Part shown: positions 28,304 through 39,004 of the stretch, piece by piece
Layout of the letters: every line of letters starts with the position of its first letter
How positions within the stretch are numbered: the stretch's first letter is position 1
Origin: Patescibacteria group bacterium
GTDB taxonomy: Bacteria > Patescibacteriota > JABMPQ01
DNA length: 64,000 nucleotides
Direction of reading: 5' to 3'
Assembly (NCBI GenBank): GCA_041749335.1
Contig: JBGTBM010000009.1
Span: 179-64,178, forward strand
Notes under the pieces: model-generated
The model's input: only the letters and a program-made list of their open reading frames with translations
Database searches by the model: none
What the model was told of the DNA's origin: nothing
Made by a program: the position numbers and the translations under genes

Positions 28304-29947
28304 ATGTTAACCAAGATATTAAGTTTTTGGAAATATCATAACCTTTATATAATTATATTATTATCAATAATATTTTTTTTCATATATTCTTATATTTCGT
28401 TTCAATTTCCCGAATATTTTAATTCTCCAGATGAAGCCGCAAATTATTATTTTATCAATCATTTCATTGAAAATTTTAACTTTAGTTTTTACGAACCTTT
28501 AAACTCAGAATTTGCTAATTTATTACATCCCAGAAATTCAATTGTGATAGAAAACAATATAGTCCCGCTTTGTTTTCTAGGATTCCCCTTGCTCATTGGA
28601 TTTTTGGGAAAATTAATAGATGTCTCAATTATTTTATTTATCGTTCCGTTTTTTTCATCTACGGCGGCAATATTTTTTTATTTATTGCTAAGAGAAATTT
28701 TTTCGGAACGAATAGCTATTCTATCAAGTATTATTCTATTATTTCATCCTGCTTTTTGGTATTTTTCTTCACTATCAATGCATCATAATGCCCTATTCTC
28801 CTCGTTTTTTATAATTTCTTTATATTTTTTTATTAAATTATTAAAAAATCCCACTATTCTACGCTATTATATTCTGTTTTCAATCTTTATTGGCTTAACT
28901 ATAACCATAAGAGCTAATGAATTGGTATGGCTTGCCATATTGTTTTTTTCGCTTTTAGTATTCTATCGTAAAAGTATAAATATTAAATATTTATTTATAA
29001 GTTTATTGTGTTTATTGTTTATTTTAGCTCCATTTTTTTATTTTAATAATGCCACTTATTCCAGTCCATTTTCAACTGGTTATTCTCATAAAGTTGATAT
29101 TGATCTAGAGATATCGGGTGTCGAAAATAGTTCAAATGGAATATCTAAAATTTTTAAAATAATCGCTCCTTCCGGCATACGCCCAGAAAAAGTTCTGGAT
29201 TCATTTTTAGAATATTTTATTATTATTTATCCAATTTTTTCAATTTTAGTTTTTAGCGGTATCATTCTAGCAGTTAAAAATAGAGCCAAATTTAATCAAA
29301 AGCAAAAATTATATTTTAAATATTTATTAATATTATCTTCTTATTTGATAATTTATTATGGCGGCGGATATTATTTTGGTGCCAGCGGTTTGGATACTGA
29401 CTTTAATATCAGTTCTTCGCTAATAAGATACTGGCTTCCGATATTTATATTTAGCATTCCCCTGATAAGTATCATAATAATTAAAATATTGGGAAAATTT
29501 CAGCATAATTATTTAAAGATGTTCTCCTATTCATTAATAACGTTGCTATTAATGATCTTTTCATTTAATTTAGTCTATAATGATAAAAATTTTGGTTTAA
29601 TAAAAATTGCCAATAATACAATATTATATAAGCAAATATCAGATGGATTGCATAATTCCATTAATAAAGATGCAATCATTATTAGCAATAATGCTGATAA
29701 ATTTGTTTTCCCCAAATTTAGAGTAATCGGAACAAATTTAGAACTTGATAATTTTTTTCAAAATGAGAATGTAATTAAAACAATAAATGAACAAACAAAT
29801 AATTTTGAAATATATTATTTTACTATGTTTGGCCTTAATGATTTTGATAATATAAGTGCTAGATTAAGAAGCAAAGGTATTGAACTTATTCCCGATGTAA
29901 CAATAAAAGACATAAGCAGTTTGTATATAATCACAAAAGCTTTTTAG
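28304..29947 (+). CDS. GT-C fold (GT39/ArnT-like) membrane glycosyltransferase
   Basis: FNSPDEAANY after TM1, multiple TMs, RYWLP motif. Confidence 0.7.
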   Translation: MLTKILSFWKYHNLYIIILLSIIFFFIYSYISFQFPEYFNSPDEAANYYFINHFIENFNFSFYEPLNSEFANLLHPRNSIVIENNIVPLCFLGFPLLIGFLGKLIDVSIILFIVPFFSSTAAIFFYLLLREIFSERIAILSSIILLFHPAFWYFSSLSMHHNALFSSFFIISLYFFIKLLKNPTILRYYILFSIFIGLTITIRANELVWLAILFFSLLVFYRKSINIKYLFISLLCLLFILAPFFYFNNATYSSPFSTGYSHKVDIDLEISGVENSSNGISKIFKIIAPSGIRPEKVLDSFLEYFIIIYPIFSILVFSGIILAVKNRAKFNQKQKLYFKYLLILSSYLIIYYGGGYYFGASGLDTDFNISSSLIRYWLPIFIFSIPLISIIIIKILGKFQHNYLKMFSYSLITLLLMIFSFNLVYNDKNFGLIKIANNTILYKQISDGLHNSINKDAIIISNNADKFVFPKFRVIGTNLELDNFFQNENVIKTINEQTNNFEIYYFTMFGLNDFDNISARLRSKGIELIPDVTIKDISSLYIITKAF

Positions 29948-29999
29948 AACCATTGAATTAATTAATGTTATTGATATGATTTCTTTAAATATTTAATTT

Positions 30000-31523
30000 A
30001 TGAATAATAATAATAATAATAATAATAAAACTAAATTCATTAAATTTTTTATATATTTAATACCGATATTAATTTGTTTATGGTTATTAAATAAATATTT
30101 CGTTTTTACGGGAAATTTAGATTCTTCCTACGTTTTTGACAATCAACCTTCAATATTTAATGAACTACAACCCGAAACTCGCGTGCATAGCCCAGAAATA
30201 AATTTAAAAACCGGTGAAAAATATCAAAGGATTCAGAGTGAACTGGTTTATTTTTCATTAAATATACCCCGATCTTTTCAAAAAGCTAATTTTACTTTTA
30301 CTTTCGACGCTCCCTCACAGCCAATAATTAATGTCGGAATAAAAAGAGCTTATGAAGATACTAGTTATGAATTTAAAACTTTAAAAAATGACTATTTTGA
30401 TAAATTAAATAAATATTGGACCAAAACTTATGACAAAAATAATAAAATAGTCTTAATGCAAAATTTAAATAAAGAGAATGAAAATTATGATACGGTACAA
30501 GGTTTTATTAATAATCCGCCTCAAAATAAAAAGATTGGAACATATTATATCGATTTAACTGATAATAAAAAATTAGAAAATTATAAACCCTCCAATAAAA
30601 TTAACAATATTGAAACTCCCTTAAGGGGCAAACACGAAATATACACATATATTAAAGATGAAACTCTAGATTATAATTTCTCTTACTATGATTTAAATAA
30701 CGAAGAAGGCCTAGATCAATTTAATATTAATGTATATAAAGGTCTTAAACTCGTTTATTCAAATTTATCTGAAGATGATGGAAATAATAAAGCAAATAAT
30801 TTAGTTTCTGAGTTTAAACAATTCCAACTTAAAATTCCTGATTTGGCTGAAGGTAAATATTTAATAAAACTCGCTTTACCAGAAGATATTATAATAAATA
30901 AAATTACTACCAGGCAGAAATACACTGTATTTGCAAGCAGAATACGCACTGTTGGCAATCGATTAGAATTTAATAATGATTATTCTTTTTCAGAAGTTCC
31001 TGTTAAAATATTTTCGCCTAATTCAAATTTTCAATTAAGAACATTCGGCCCTGTCAGCGAACAAGAAATATTAATAGACAATCAAAGCATTACTTTATCT
31101 TCAAATAACTCATCGCTTATAAATCATTCGACGGGCAAAGAAAATAACGAATTAATAGAAATTAATGCTCCCCTTGGCAATATTTTATTATTGGCACCTA
31201 TCTTTGTTTTTAATAAAGAGCAATATTTTGATCCATATTTTAATATAAACCAAATAGCATTAAATACTGCAATATCAGATGAATTTGATTATATTATTGG
31301 TACCATTGACGATTATTTAACCCCACAAAAATATCGCAATTGGTATAAAAACGAAATATCATTTGAAACCGCTAACGCCTACACGGAAAATGGTGAATTG
31401 AAATTTGCAATTCAAATTCCCGGATTTAACAACATTGATGATGTAATTATAAAAGATATTAAAGTCAACTTGCAGACCGATAATATATTTAAAAGATTAT
31501 TTAATAAAATAAATATTTATTAA
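30000..31523 (+). CDS. Hypothetical membrane-anchored extracytoplasmic protein
   Basis: 507 aa ORF with a single N-terminal TM followed by a beta-rich soluble region. Confidence 0.7.
   Translation: MNNNNNNNNKTKFIKFFIYLIPILICLWLLNKYFVFTGNLDSSYVFDNQPSIFNELQPETRVHSPEINLKTGEKYQRIQSELVYFSLNIPRSFQKANFTFTFDAPSQPIINVGIKRAYEDTSYEFKTLKNDYFDKLNKYWTKTYDKNNKIVLMQNLNKENENYDTVQGFINNPPQNKKIGTYYIDLTDNKKLENYKPSNKINNIETPLRGKHEIYTYIKDETLDYNFSYYDLNNEEGLDQFNINVYKGLKLVYSNLSEDDGNNKANNLVSEFKQFQLKIPDLAEGKYLIKLALPEDIIINKITTRQKYTVFASRIRTVGNRLEFNNDYSFSEVPVKIFSPNSNFQLRTFGPVSEQEILIDNQSITLSSNNSSLINHSTGKENNELIEINAPLGNILLLAPIFVFNKEQYFDPYFNINQIALNTAISDEFDYIIGTIDDYLTPQKYRNWYKNEISFETANAYTENGELKFAIQIPGFNNIDDVIIKDIKVNLQTDNIFKRLFNKINIY
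30003..30026 (+). repeat. (AAT)8 microsatellite encoding poly-Asn
   Basis: ATG followed by eight AAT codons. Confidence 0.9.
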
Positions 31524-31526
31524 AAT

Positions 31527-31910
31527 ATGAAATACCTATTTAAAACATTTATTCATATTAAAAATTCAACGCTGCTTATTATAAATACAATATTTATCAC
31601 ATCTCTTTTTTCTTATCTTTTATTGTTTTTGTTTAATATATTCCTAGGGGATTTTATCACTAATTTTATAAATTTAAATTATTTATTATATCCACTTGGA
31701 ATATCTTTAATTATTTTAATTTTTAATAATAACAATACTTATATAAACCAAGAATCTAACACTTTAACCCGTTTATTTATTTCTATTATTGGAAGCTTTA
31801 TAATATTCTTTTTAGCTAAAGAGCTGGGAGTATTTAAGTGGTTATTGACTCTATCGATTTTTTTTATACTATTTTATTCTACAAAGAACTTCAATAACGA
31901 TTCGCAATAA
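31527..31910 (+). CDS. Small 4-TM hypothetical membrane protein
   Basis: 127 aa with four hydrophobic segments, starting 3 bp after the upstream stop. Confidence 0.6.
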   Translation: MKYLFKTFIHIKNSTLLIINTIFITSLFSYLLLFLFNIFLGDFITNFINLNYLLYPLGISLIILIFNNNNTYINQESNTLTRLFISIIGSFIIFFLAKELGVFKWLLTLSIFFILFYSTKNFNNDSQ

Positions 31911-31968
31911 TTTTTTCGATAATTAACTTATATTATTTTATAAAATTGCGAATTTTTAATATAAATCG

Positions 31969-33888
31969 ATGAATAAAGTATTTAATTTTAATAAAATTAT
32001 TTTATTAATCAAATATATTAATATTATTTTAATATCTACTACTTTTATATTTTTACTTTATATAATTTTTTATTTGTTTTTATCCTTTAATTATTTAAAT
32101 TTATTATTTACCCATTCTGACATTTTTCTTTTTTCTTTAATATTATTTGATTTATTTATTATTTTTATATTTATTAAAAATAATAAATCATTAAATATAA
32201 ATATTCTTTATTTATATATTGCATTATTTATTTTATTAGAAGTGCCCTTATTAATTAACGGCTTTAATAATTCTATCATCCTTTTTCAAGATTTAGATTA
32301 TAATCAGTGTTTTATTGTAATATTTCTCGGAATGATAATATATTTTTTTACTAACAAGGGTAAATATTTATCTAGCAAAATTTTTAATAATAATTTACTT
32401 ATTATTAATTCTAAAATTAATAATAAGTCTAAATATTCCATATTATTAATATTTTTATTATTTTTACTTATAAAACTTTTAATTCCTTATTTTTATCAAG
32501 GATCATATATTGATGAATATTTTCATATTTTACATGGTATAAATATTTTTAATAACCTTGAAACAAATTATATCCGGGGCCTGCCCATCACCTTTTTATG
32601 CGGCCTACTTATTAATTTATTTGGAAATGAACTTTTTATTTTAAAATTAATTCCGGCAGTTATCGGAATCATAAACTTTTTGTTGCTTTATAAAATATCA
32701 AAATATTTTTTTAATAATTACAAATATACTTCATTATTATTAGCAATTTACACAATTTCTCCTTGGATAATTTTTAATCATTTTTATATAAGGTTTTATG
32801 TTTTGTACGAATTATTATTATTATTATCAATTTATATTTATTTTATAGTCAATAATTCTATAGCGAAAAAAAGATTAGTTTTGTCGCTATTATCCATAAT
32901 CATTTTCATTGTATTTAATGTTTTATTGTTCTTTATAATTAATGATTCCGGCTTTTATATGATAATTATTTTTAATTGTTTTTTAATATTCTTTTTAGTT
33001 ATTAAAAGTATATTAATTTTATCAAATGCAATTATAAAAAATATTTTTAAATATTTTTTTTATATACTTATAACTTTTTTCTTTTTTTATTTATTATTTA
33101 ATAATAAATTTAATTATTTAATAAAAGTAAATCTTGCTAACACCAACTATGAAATAAATAAATATGAATATTTCTTTTTTTATAAAAATATCGGCTTTAC
33201 AATATTATTTATTTTATCAATTTTTATCGCTTTAAAACATTTAAATAAAAAAGGTGAAATCAAATCTCAAAATATTATATTTATAGCTTCCTTTTTAATT
33301 CTGATAATACATTTAATATCTTCAAGTGACTTGCAACTAATTCGAAGTATAGTATACTTTATCCCCTTGTTTTATTTAGTTGCAATTTATTCTCTTAAAC
33401 ATTTAAATATTAAATCTATCTATAAATACCCAATAATGCTATTTTTATTTTTAACTATATTCAACAACTACCCAAGTAAATTTTTTAGCGATGGGCCTTA
33501 TATACCTTCAGAAGTTTTTTACCGAAGATTTAAAGAATCTTTTGACTTTATTAAAAATAATTGTGACGATTATTTCATAATTAATTTGACAAAAAATCAT
33601 TATGTTTCTTCTTTCTATGATATTAACGAATATTATCTTATTAATTCAATTTATTATAACAATCCATTGAGTGTTAATTATGATAATAAATTTATTAATT
33701 ATGAAAAATATAAAAATAAAATAAGAAAAAATGAGAATATATGTTATTTATATTCTCATTTGTGGTCAGTTAATAATAAAAATAAAACCTATCAATCTAT
33801 CCGTAGATACCTTAAAAATAATTATGATGATAAAATATCCTTTGGTAATTTTGAAGTGTTCATTTTTTTAAATAAAAATAATAATTAA
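31969..33888 (+). CDS. GT-C-like polytopic membrane protein
   Basis: YIDEYFH loop motif, YIRFY and many TMs. A 639-codon open frame in very AT-rich DNA is unlikely by chance. Confidence 0.6.
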   Translation: MNKVFNFNKIILLIKYINIILISTTFIFLLYIIFYLFLSFNYLNLLFTHSDIFLFSLILFDLFIIFIFIKNNKSLNINILYLYIALFILLEVPLLINGFNNSIILFQDLDYNQCFIVIFLGMIIYFFTNKGKYLSSKIFNNNLLIINSKINNKSKYSILLIFLLFLLIKLLIPYFYQGSYIDEYFHILHGINIFNNLETNYIRGLPITFLCGLLINLFGNELFILKLIPAVIGIINFLLLYKISKYFFNNYKYTSLLLAIYTISPWIIFNHFYIRFYVLYELLLLLSIYIYFIVNNSIAKKRLVLSLLSIIIFIVFNVLLFFIINDSGFYMIIIFNCFLIFFLVIKSILILSNAIIKNIFKYFFYILITFFFFYLLFNNKFNYLIKVNLANTNYEINKYEYFFFYKNIGFTILFILSIFIALKHLNKKGEIKSQNIIFIASFLILIIHLISSSDLQLIRSIVYFIPLFYLVAIYSLKHLNIKSIYKYPIMLFLFLTIFNNYPSKFFSDGPYIPSEVFYRRFKESFDFIKNNCDDYFIINLTKNHYVSSFYDINEYYLINSIYYNNPLSVNYDNKFINYEKYKNKIRKNENICYLYSHLWSVNNKNKTYQSIRRYLKNNYDDKISFGNFEVFIFLNKNNN

Positions 33889-34817
33889 TTTTCAATTACT
33901 TCCTTGACAGAGTAATTTGCTCTATTTTTATTATAATATGTCTTTATGGCAATATCAGCTAAAATTCCTGAAATAAATAGCTGTAGACCAACTAAAACTA
34001 AAAATATTGCTACTAACGGCCAGATACTATTTTGCAAAGAGATTTTTCCTAAAATTCTGGTAATGGCTAGATAAATACCAAGGATAAATCCCCCCCCGCC
34101 TATTAATATTCCAAAACTGCCAAATAAATGCAGCGGCCGGGCAGAAAATTTTCTCCAAAACCAAACCATCCACATATCAAGAAAACCTTTTACAATCCTC
34201 CTTAAATTATATTTGGTTTTGCCAAATTTTCTTTCACGATGTTCCACTTTTACTTCACCCACTTTAAAGCCTTTCCACTTCAATATTGCGGGAATAAACC
34301 GGTGCATTTCTCCATACAGATCAAGATCATCAAAACATTCTTTCCGATAGGCCTTTAACGTACAGCCTGAATCGTGAATTTTATCTTTGATTAATAATCC
34401 CCTTAGTATATCAGCTCCGCGTGAAATAATTTTTTTTATAAAAGGATCTCGTCTTTTATAGCGCCACCCTGATACCAAATCATACCCTTCATTCAATTTA
34501 CTGATTAATTTACTGATTTCCGAGGGCGGATTTTGTCCATCACCATCAAGCGTAATTATTATCTCTCCTCTAGCTCTCTTGATGCCGGCATCTAGCGCGG
34601 CCGTTTGCCCAAAATTTTTCCTAAAATTTATTATTTTTATCGAATATAATTTTTTTAATTTTTCTAGGGTATTATCAATTGATCCGTCATTAACAAATAT
34701 TACTTCAAAATCCAAAGCGATCTTTTTCATTTCGTAAATAATTTCCCGATGCAATGAAATAACATTTTCTTCCTCATTAAAAACTGGCACAATAATTGAA
34801 TATTTTGGTTTGTTCAT
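33885..34817 (-). CDS. ArnC/GtrB-like GT2 (polyprenol-phosphate sugar transferase)
   Basis: VPVFNEE, NFGQTAA, TLDGDGQN, DSGCTLKAYR, GEMHRFIP and two C-terminal TMs. Confidence 0.9.
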   Translation of the reverse strand: MNKPKYSIIVPVFNEEENVISLHREIIYEMKKIALDFEVIFVNDGSIDNTLEKLKKLYSIKIINFRKNFGQTAALDAGIKRARGEIIITLDGDGQNPPSEISKLISKLNEGYDLVSGWRYKRRDPFIKKIISRGADILRGLLIKDKIHDSGCTLKAYRKECFDDLDLYGEMHRFIPAILKWKGFKVGEVKVEHRERKFGKTKYNLRRIVKGFLDMWMVWFWRKFSARPLHLFGSFGILIGGGGFILGIYLAITRILGKISLQNSIWPLVAIFLVLVGLQLFISGILADIAIKTYYNKNRANYSVKEVIEN

Positions 34818-34818
34818 A

Positions 34819-36150
34819 TTATTTTATTAATTCACTCTTAATAATACCGATAATATATTTTATATTTAAATTTATTTTTAATTTTAATCCCAATTTTTTT
34901 CTTAAATAATATATCTCAAATATCGCAACTACCAGCTGTGCAAATACTGTTACGATTACTGCACCCAATGCTCCATAAAATGGTATAAATATTAAATCTA
35001 GTATTACATTAACTGCTGCACCAAATAATACAATGCGTGTTGTGTATTTAGCGTACTTTGTAGCTATTAAAAAAGTTCGACAGACACTAAATATTTTTAT
35101 TAATAAAAGTGGTAGTAATACTTTAAGTAATATAATTGATGCTTGATATTGAGGAAATAATTTTTCAATTAATGAATCTGATAATACAAATAAAAGTAAG
35201 GTGGTTGGAAAAACAAATATAATCGACAAGGATAATATTTTTGTAAATAATTCCTGGAGTTTTTCTTTCCTTCCATCAATAAAATAAGTAGTAATCACCG
35301 GTGCGAATACAGCACTAATAAAAGTAAATATTACTACAAATGGCATCTGAAATATTTTGTCAGCTACATTAAAATAAGCAACTTCGGCATTATCACAATA
35401 TTTTCCAATTATTATAATATCTATTCTAGTATATAAAAAATATGTCACGCTCGTTATACTAATCGGAATTGCATATTTTATAATTCTTTTTCCTGTATTA
35501 ATAATATAAATCTTTTGTTCTTTTATATATCTTAAATATTTATAATCGATTATTATAAACCCAAATATTACAGAAATTAATATTCCAAATATTGTTATTA
35601 ACAAAACATTAAGAATTTCTAATTTTTGATATTTGATCAATGCCAGCAATAATGATATTTGAATAATTCTAGATATAAAAAAAGTTAGAGTAGAATATTT
35701 CAAATTTTGGTAACCTTTAATAATACTTTCAACTATTGCACTTGAACAAGATATAATTATAAAAGCAGGTGCGATTTTTAATAAAATTGTAAGTTCCTCT
35801 CTATTAAATATTTTTGAAATATAATCTTTTAATATAAATAAAACAATTCCCAATATTAAAGAAATTATAATTGAATAAATTATACTAGTTATGATTAAAG
35901 ATCTTGTTTCTTTTTTTTCAATTTCCTTGTTTGATAAAGATTCAGCGATATATTTTGATGTAGACTCACTTAATCCGTTTACTACAAAGTACATAAAAAA
36001 GAAGGTGATTGAATAAAATAATAAATATAACCCATATTTATCAGGGTCCCAAGTATTAGATAAAATAAAAAAAACTACAAATATTGAAATATTTGATATT
36101 ATTATTTGAATAATTTTCCAGAAACTATTCCTCGCTATCTTTGATATCAT
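34819..36150 (-). CDS. Wzx-type flippase
   Basis: 12 TM segments, YTRIDIIIIG..VAYFNVA, FIPFYGALGA. Confidence 0.88.
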   Translation of the reverse strand: MISKIARNSFWKIIQIIISNISIFVVFFILSNTWDPDKYGLYLLFYSITFFFMYFVVNGLSESTSKYIAESLSNKEIEKKETRSLIITSIIYSIIISLILGIVLFILKDYISKIFNREELTILLKIAPAFIIISCSSAIVESIIKGYQNLKYSTLTFFISRIIQISLLLALIKYQKLEILNVLLITIFGILISVIFGFIIIDYKYLRYIKEQKIYIINTGKRIIKYAIPISITSVTYFLYTRIDIIIIGKYCDNAEVAYFNVADKIFQMPFVVIFTFISAVFAPVITTYFIDGRKEKLQELFTKILSLSIIFVFPTTLLLFVLSDSLIEKLFPQYQASIILLKVLLPLLLIKIFSVCRTFLIATKYAKYTTRIVLFGAAVNVILDLIFIPFYGALGAVIVTVFAQLVVAIFEIYYLRKKLGLKLKINLNIKYIIGIIKSELIK

Positions 36151-36153
36151 CCT

Positions 36154-37023
36154 TTACCTCTTCCATTTAGATAAATCCTTTTTAAATAATATTTCCAACT
36201 GTTCAATATCCTTAATAAATTTTTTTATAAGGTATTTTCTAGTACAATTTTCCATATTTCTATAAACAATTTTTCTTGTCGATAAGTTAATAATCTTTTC
36301 TTTAAAACCGCTTTCTTTTATTTTTTTGATAACGTTTGATAAATTAAATAATATCATTGCTTGAGATAAATATTTCATTAATGATAATATTAATACGTTA
36401 TTAATCTCCCTTGAAGAATTTACTTTTTCATTTATTTTATTTGGAATAAACTCATCATCAACTTCTAAAAATTTATATAATTTTTTTATTTCTATTAAAG
36501 GATTTTGTTTAATATCTTCTATAAATAAAAATATAATTTGTTTTTTATCAAAATATTTTAACCATCTATTAATGTGAAAACTATATAATCCTTTATCAAT
36601 ATACTCCTCTTCTAATCTTACGACATCTTCAAAATCTCTTTTTTCTTTCTTAAAATAATTTTTATACATCAAATACTGTGAATAAGCCCTATCTATCGGA
36701 TTTCTTAAACACACAATTATTTTTATATCAGGAAATTTTATTTTTATTCTTTTTGGTGCTTCTTTATCAATCAAATATTGAGTTGAGAACTCTCCCTTTA
36801 CGCAATTATTTTTACAATGCTTAAAATGTTTTGAATACCACTTAAAAGTTTTATTGAAATTTCTATTTTTAAAATTAAAAATATATGATGATTTTTTATT
36901 AAAATATTGAACTTCTTTTGGTTCAGATAATTCAATCTCGGGATGTTGATCTAGCATTTTTGATAACCATGTCGTGCCTGCTTTTTCTGCTCCTATGCCA
37001 ATAAAGTTAATTTTTAAATCCAT
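36154..37023 (-). CDS. PAPS-dependent sulfotransferase
   Basis: 5'-PSB motif IGAEKAGTTWL, KEVQYF, 3'-PB motif LRNPIDRAYSQY. Confidence 0.9.
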   Translation of the reverse strand: MDLKINFIGIGAEKAGTTWLSKMLDQHPEIELSEPKEVQYFNKKSSYIFNFKNRNFNKTFKWYSKHFKHCKNNCVKGEFSTQYLIDKEAPKRIKIKFPDIKIIVCLRNPIDRAYSQYLMYKNYFKKEKRDFEDVVRLEEEYIDKGLYSFHINRWLKYFDKKQIIFLFIEDIKQNPLIEIKKLYKFLEVDDEFIPNKINEKVNSSREINNVLILSLMKYLSQAMILFNLSNVIKKIKESGFKEKIINLSTRKIVYRNMENCTRKYLIKKFIKDIEQLEILFKKDLSKWKR

Positions 37024-37051
37024 AATTTTAATTAATAATCCGTCAAAACAT

Positions 37052-37756
37052 CTAACTATATAATTTTTTTCCTACAATAATAAATCTTCTAAGAAATGTT
37101 AATCTCAATTTATATATTTTTGAATTAATAGAATTGCCCTTGTAAAACAATGTTAAAACTTTAATTAATTTACTAATTATTATTCCAATTACCCCCTCAA
37201 GGAATGAATAAAAATATTTATATTCAAATGTATTAAGATTATTATTATAAAATATTTGAATAATTCGCCTAACAGTCGTTATATTATTATGAGTATAATC
37301 GCAATTAAAAAAATCATTTCTCCAATCTAAATAATCTGGACTAAGTATTATTATCATCCCTCTTTTTTTTAATACTCTTTCTGATTCTGAAATAAATGTT
37401 TCTGCCTCATTAGAATTATTTAAGTGCTCATATACATCAAAACATAAAATTATATCATACGATTCATCTATTTCATTCAATGTTGGTATTTTATAATTAC
37501 TTACCTTTCGGACACCAATATTCTTCATTAATTTATTCATATTAATATTTGGCTCAACAACATCGTAATTTTTATATCCATTTTTGAGAAATACTTTTGC
37601 CAAATCTCCCTTCCCTGGTCCAATTTCTAAAATATCACAATTCTTACTTCTTAAATATTTACAAATATATCTAAAATCTCTCTTAGTTTTTCTATTATGT
37701 AATAATTTACCAATTTTAGTAGATTTGCTTTCTGCAAAGTGGTCAAAATATGGCAT
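37052..37756 (-). CDS. Class I SAM-dependent methyltransferase
   Basis: ILEIGPGKG, YDIILCFDVYEHL, DYTH. Confidence 0.85.
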   Translation of the reverse strand: MPYFDHFAESKSTKIGKLLHNRKTKRDFRYICKYLRSKNCDILEIGPGKGDLAKVFLKNGYKNYDVVEPNINMNKLMKNIGVRKVSNYKIPTLNEIDESYDIILCFDVYEHLNNSNEAETFISESERVLKKRGMIIILSPDYLDWRNDFFNCDYTHNNITTVRRIIQIFYNNNLNTFEYKYFYSFLEGVIGIIISKLIKVLTLFYKGNSINSKIYKLRLTFLRRFIIVGKKLYS

Positions 37757-38813
37757 TGTATATCTTTTTAAGTTTTATTAAATAATTATTTAATGAATAT
37801 TTTATTGCAGTTTTATAACCTTCTTCAATAATGTTTTTTCTATAAATATTATTTGTAGAAATATTAATAATCTTTTTAGCCAAATCTTGTGAATTATTAA
37901 CTTCAAAAAGCAATCCATTTTTTGTATTTATTATTTCATTGAGCCCATATGTGTTACTTGCAATTACAGGTGTTCCGCAAGATAACGATTCTAATTGAGT
38001 CATCCCCAGTGCTTCCCATAAAGATGGAATCACAAAACAGTCTATTGAGTTATAGAAACTAGGCATATCATATATCATACCAATCAAGAAAACATTATTT
38101 TGTAGATTATAATTATTAATTATATTTTTAATTTTATTTCTGTCTGGACCATCACCAGCTATTAGAAATTTAAATCTTTTATCATCACATGCTATTTTTT
38201 TTGCAGCGTTTAATAAAATCTTCCAACCCTTTCTTTTATTAAGTCTTGCTGCAAAGCCTATTAAAATATCTTTTTTGCTTATATTATATTTTGTTAAACT
38301 AAATTTTTTTAAAGAAAATTTTTTAAATTTATCTGTATCAACAAAATTATATAATACCTCAATTTTATTTTTTTTAACTTTGGCATTTTTAATTAATAAT
38401 TTCTTAATATGATCAGACACTGAAATAAATTTATTAACTCTATCTTGTGCAAAATTAATAAACAAATTATATAATTTTTGATTTTTTACTATTTTCCCGT
38501 GTTCATGGAAAATTAATTTTATATCTTTATTAATAAAAGCTTTATATAAATATCCAATCAGAAATGACTTAAATAAATGGCAGTGTAATATATTAAAATC
38601 CTTTTTTTTAACTATCTTTTTTAAAATTAATAAACAACCAATATTGATTTTTCGGTAAGATTTATTATATATAATATTGCCATAATTATATTTTCTTACA
38701 GAATTTCTAAGAGAAAAACAATAATTAGATTTATCCTTCCTGATTATTCCTAATACAACAGTTTGAGCTCCTCCCAAACCTAGATGATCAATTAAGTGTA
38801 GTATTTTTTTCAT
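37743..38813 (-). CDS. GT4 glycosyltransferase
   Basis: LGGAQ, ARLNKRKG, PSLWEALGMTQLES. Confidence 0.9.
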   Translation of the reverse strand: MKKILHLIDHLGLGGAQTVVLGIIRKDKSNYCFSLRNSVRKYNYGNIIYNKSYRKINIGCLLILKKIVKKKDFNILHCHLFKSFLIGYLYKAFINKDIKLIFHEHGKIVKNQKLYNLFINFAQDRVNKFISVSDHIKKLLIKNAKVKKNKIEVLYNFVDTDKFKKFSLKKFSLTKYNISKKDILIGFAARLNKRKGWKILLNAAKKIACDDKRFKFLIAGDGPDRNKIKNIINNYNLQNNVFLIGMIYDMPSFYNSIDCFVIPSLWEALGMTQLESLSCGTPVIASNTYGLNEIINTKNGLLFEVNNSQDLAKKIINISTNNIYRKNIIEEGYKTAIKYSLNNYLIKLKKIYNAIF

Positions 38814-39004
38814 ATCTAAATTTTACATATCGTATATATATTCCACTTCTTGAAGGTGTTAATTTTTTTACAAATTCAAATTTAACTTTACATCTACTGC
38901 CCATTTAAATTATTAATTTATTATATATATCTTTTAAATCTTTTTCTTAAATCATAGATCTTTTTCCAATTTTAATGGTTATTTTATTAATATCCTATTG
39001 GATT

